Positions 58,795-64,000 of a DNA stretch of 64,000 nt are shown piece by piece; the first letter of the stretch is position 1, and each line of letters opens with the position of its first letter. Source of the DNA: the human T2T-CHM13v2.0 reference genome, Homo sapiens. The stretch lies in assembly GCF_009914755.1 (NCBI RefSeq), contig NC_060944.1; one strand, written 5' to 3'. Position numbers and translations under genes: made by a program. Below the pieces are notes generated by a model. The model ran no database searches. It was given only the letters and a program-made list of their open reading frames with translations, and was not told the origin of the DNA.

Positions 58795-59310
58795 TTGGGG
58801 TGAGTTTTGGCTATGAATAACAAAGGCCAAAATAGCAGTACATTAAACAGAAGTTTTCCTCTCTAATGGATACTCAATTAATTGAACATCCAAGGTGTTC
58901 AATTAAAGGTTAGTGTCATACTTCTGCTCTTTGAAACCTTAGGGACCTAAGTTCAGGCCTTCATTATTTTGTAGGAGAGGTCCTGGACTTCATGGTATGA
59001 AACTGTGGCTAAAGTATTAGCGCATCTGTATTCTATGAAGTAGAAAAAGGAAAGAACAGATAAGAAAAAAGGCAAAGGATGAATATCAGCTATCATTTAG
59101 AGAAAATTCCCAGAAGATGCTCTATGATGCTTGTCCCGACATCCCATTTATCCATAATTTGCTCATTTGGTCATAGCTAGCTATGAAGGAAGCATAAACT
59201 TTTTTTTTTAAATTATGGGTTACCATATGCTCACCTCTAAAATTCAGAAGTTTCTCTAATGTGGAAGAAAGAAATTGAATATTGCAGATAATCCACCAGT
59301 ACCTGCAACA
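58795..59310 (-). mobile_element. MLT1J-like MaLR LTR relic
   Basis: ttttggctatgaataacaaagg...tcatttggtcatagctagct...gaagaaagaaattgaatattg...ctgcaaca. Confidence 0.55.
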
Positions 59311-60120
59311 CAAATATATTGTTTCTAATTCCCTTAAAATGTGCCAATGCAAACTGTAATAGGAAGCTGTGGATAAAGCTTTAAATACTAAATTCACTGC
59401 ATTTATAAGCCTTTAATAATTACAGATTATTTTACAGTAAATAGCAATGTGAATTCAATGAAAAAGTCGAGATTTATTTTTCCGGAAAAATAAAACAAAA
59501 AGAGAAAAAGATACTAAAAGGAGTAATAAGAACTGGAAAGAATTTTGCAATCATAAATTTTGTCATTTTCATGGTGGCTCTATCTTTATTTGCAATTTGA
59601 CAAGTCTTCTACTCTCTATTTGATTTGAAGACCTGGTACCTCCACTAAATAGCTGTGATCCTGAGTAAATTACTGAATTAGAGAATAATAGTAATTGTAT
59701 CAGCAAAAAAAAACTGCTACTAATAGAAATCTTATTATGATTTTTAATAAGAGTATTGACCTCACTGGTTACTTTGAAAAATAAATGAACTAATATGTAT
59801 AAAAGAGTTTTGTAAGCTGCTAAGTACTATGATAACTCATCATTCAGAACATTGGAGGTTCAAAGTAAGTGAGCCTTTTGTGACTATTCCAGCTCAAGGA
59901 ATTGGTTTTGCAATTTGAATTTAAGACTTGACACATGGATGAAGTTTCCAAAGATCCAAGACATATCAATCTCAGAAGTCTGGTCTACAGAGACTCCTCA
60001 TGAATATACCATTCGTGCATGGCTCAGCAGGTTTCAAAGGCCCATTGTAGACCTGCTGGCAGAATCTCCTTCACTTCTCCATCTACATCTAATTCCATCA
60101 GAATTCTCTATTTCCCTAAC

Positions 60121-60170
60121 TGCAAATAATTAAAATGAACTAATATGCAAATAATTAAAATGAACTAATA
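60121..60170 (+). repeat. Perfect 25-bp tandem duplication
   Basis: TGCAAATAATTAAAATGAACTAATA x2. Confidence 0.95.
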
Positions 60171-60984
60171 TTTATTGAGCTATGAGCAAATTATTCTCCT
60201 GTGCTCTGTGGCTGATAAAGTGATGAGTGAGACAATTCTCTCCTCTCAAGCTGTTTACAGTCTAAGATGGAAAATAAAATATAAGCTACTGATTACATTG
60301 CTCAATTTGGCAGTTCTAACCAAGAAAAATGATGGTAACAGTGACATAATGTTTCTGAAATCCAGGTCAACCTCAGTGATAAAAGACTGTATATTTCAGA
60401 CAGACTGCCAATATATTGAATAATTTTATTAGTAGGTGTTTTTTGTGGTTTTGCTCTGTGCGTCTCTATTTCTATTTTTCTCTTCTGACTGCTCCTATCA
60501 CTTCAAGAGAAAATATGTGAGAGGGAGCTCAGAAGGGAGATAAACTGATTTATAGAACAATTAAAATGTGAATCAGCAAATTGTCTATAAAAGGCAAAAT
60601 TATCATTTAAAAAACTGGCCATGTAGCATTTTTTTCGGTTTTCTTCTGAGCTGTAACATCACTATAGGTGATATTATTCCTGTTTTATAATGCATCATGC
60701 AGTACAGTGGCTATAAATTATTGGCATATTAATTATCCATAGATGGTGGTATTTTTCATATAAATAAAAGTGGTTTTTACTGTTAATACGTGGTATAAAA
60801 TCTTAGTTTCTGGCATCAGTACAAAAAGGAAACAGCCTAAAATAAGGCTGAATTAAAATTTATATATCAATGGAGTTTGGAAAATGTGGGGATTTGGAGC
60901 TTAACAAATTGATAGACAAGTAGACACATGATTCAAACTTTTGGGGAGTGAAGTATACACAATATACTATCATCAGGAATAGGG

Positions 60985-61209
60985 CTAGGGTTGGTAAATC
61001 ACAGTCCAAGGGCCGAATTAGGTCTGCTGCCTGTTTTTCATAAATGAAGTTTTATTGGAACATGACCAAGCCCCTTTATTTACATATTGCCTATGGCTGC
61101 TTTTGAACTAAGGTGGCAGAGTTGCTTTGTTGCAAAAGATATTTTACTGCATCCGAAGCCAAAAATATTTACTCTCTGACTCTTAATAGAGAAACTTTGC
61201 TGATCCCTG
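60985..61209 (+). mobile_element. MER58A-like hAT-Charlie MITE
   Basis: ctagggttggtaaatc...gcctgttttt..taaatgaagttttattggaacat...tttgctgatccctg. Confidence 0.88.
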
Positions 61210-61248
61210 GAACTGAGCCACAAGCTTGATACAACTCATTAGTCTTAA

Positions 61249-61772
<524 letters not shown>

Positions 61773-62087
61773 AGAGTAGTTTTCATATCTGAAATTGCAT
61801 TATTGTATATTTGTTTATAGTTTCCTCCCCCCATTAGAATATAGATTCTATAAAAGTAGAACTCTTATCTATCTCTTTCTCCCCCTTATCACTCGGGTCT
61901 GAAGAACTTAATTCACCCTCCTCAGTGAGCATTCACCAAATGAACGTGAGCTCAGTCACTGTGGCAGCCATCTCGGATGTCTTTCCAAAGGCATTCATGT
62001 TGATGTACTGACCACAGTCAGTGTAACCCTGGGGTTCCAGGGGGTGTGTGGGTATGTGCAGGTGGTGGTGGTGCTAGGCTAAATGGC

Positions 62088-62386
62088 TTTTTTTTTTTTT
62101 TTAAGAGACAGGGCCTCACTCTGTCACCTGCACTGGACTGGAGTGCATTAGTGCAATCATATCTCACTGTGGCCTTGATATCCTGGGCTGTCATGATCCT
62201 CCCACCTCAGCCTCCTGAGTAGCTGGAACTACAGGCATGTGCCACCAATCCTGACTAATTGTTATTTTTTTGTAGAGACAGGGTCCCTATGTTGCCCAGG
62301 CTTGTCTCAAACTCGTGAGCTCAAGCAATTCCCCTGTCTGCCTCCCACTGTGCTGGGATTATAGGCATGAACCACTATGCCTCTCC
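62088..62386 (-). mobile_element. AluJ
   Basis: cctgggct..catgatcctcccacctcagcc, gctcaagcaatt; TSD taaatg(g/t)cttt. Confidence 0.92.
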
Positions 62387-62623
62387 TAAATGTCTTTTCA
62401 GAAAGTGACTTTCTCACTTGATTTCCTGAAATGTTTGCTTTGAAAGTTTCAGGATATGAAGAGATTTATAGAAAATACCATAATAGTTGTACATCACTGT
62501 TTCTTCTGTCATGTTAGGGCTTATCGTACCTGTCAGAGTTTCTCGCACACTTTTTCAAAGGTATGCTTGTGAGAGGGAGTCAAAGCTTGCAATATAGACT
62601 GGATGTGGCCAGGCATGGTGGTT

Positions 62624-62892
62624 GGCCAGGTGCAGTGGCTCAGGCCTGTAATCCCAGCACTCTGGGAGGCTGAGGTGGGACAGTCACATTGAGCCTGGGA
62701 GTTCGAGACCATTCTGGGCAACATAGTGAGAACCCATCTCTATGAAAAATTTAAAAATTAGCTGGTTATGGTGGTGTATGCCTGTGGTCCCAGGTACTCA
62801 GGAGGCTGAGATGGGAGGATTGCTTGAGCCAAGGAGGTTGAGGCTGTAGTGAGCCAGTCATGCCACTTCACTCTACCCTGGACAATACAGTG
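62624..62892 (+). mobile_element. AluJ lacking its 3' end and tail
   Basis: gggaggattgcttgagccaaggaggttgaggctg; stops at gacaatacagtg. Confidence 0.92.
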
Positions 62893-62921
62893 TTCAGGGG
62901 CTTTTAAAAATACTAGCATTG

Positions 62922-63369
<448 letters not shown>

Positions 63370-63799
63370 TTAATGTGATTGCCTTCAAATGTATTTTTTT
63401 TTCAGAAAATAGATACTACTAAATATTTAATTCAGCAACACCAGTTCTGTTTATGGAATATTCATTACACACTTTTACTGAAGTTTTTTATGTTCAATTT
63501 TGTCACTGAAAAATCTTATGCCAGAGTGCTTCACATTGGCTGTACTTTATGTCATTATTCCTTTGTGAGATGAAGCAAAAGGTGATAGAGTGCTCAGAAA
63601 CTCAACTGTGTAATTAGACAAGACCCAAGACACTCCACTGTATTCTCCTGAACTTCCATACTAATAACCTGATCTTCCTAACTATCCTTGACATAGGTTC
63701 TTTTGTTTCACTCATCAGACTTCTCAGGGAAAATACAGTGGCCCACATGTCCTATGAATTGACAATACTTACGTTTTCAATTTCTTGATAGATCATTTT

Positions 63800-63920
63800 G
63801 TTTATTTGCATATTCCACAAATGTTTATTGAGCCTTTTCTGTGTTGTGTCGGGCTGTACTGGCACTGGGACACAGCCATGAGCTTGCTTGATCTATCATG
63901 AAGCTTCCTTCTAGGACTCA
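63800..63920 (-). mobile_element. L2 3' end
   Basis: attccacaaatgtttattgagcc...tgtactggcactgggacacagccatga. Confidence 0.75.
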
Positions 63921-64000
63921 GTTTCCAATAAAGGAGTGATGCAAGCAAAGTGAAATGAAGATTTGAAGACTACATATGGAAAATGGAAATATACCACTTT

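Overview
This is AT-rich primate genomic DNA, most likely human or great ape given the young AluY and L1PA2/3 copies. It looks intronic or intergenic. I see no credible host protein-coding gene, tRNA, rRNA, CpG island or CRISPR array. The only ORFs with recognisable protein identity are decayed L1 ORF1/ORF2 pieces (50.7-55.0 kb, 44.1-45.2 kb). The window is a layered repeat landscape: 13 Alus, 7 L1 fragments, about 10 solo LTRs, several hAT MITEs, and many MIR/L2 relics. Subfamily names come from remembered consensus motifs, not from a search. I did not find a demonstrable new biological system. The best unexplained structures are: (1) a ~260-bp dispersed direct duplication of apparently unique DNA (19646-19900 and 21175-21438) with a 68-bp perfectly identical core carrying a TAATNNNATTA homeodomain palindrome; (2) a CpG-retaining unique segment at ~49.0-49.2 kb that can be drawn as a hammerhead-like three-way junction but lacks the GAAA core; (3) several small repair or retrotransposition scars, including templated insertions, an ultra-short L1 and a TSD-born microsatellite.
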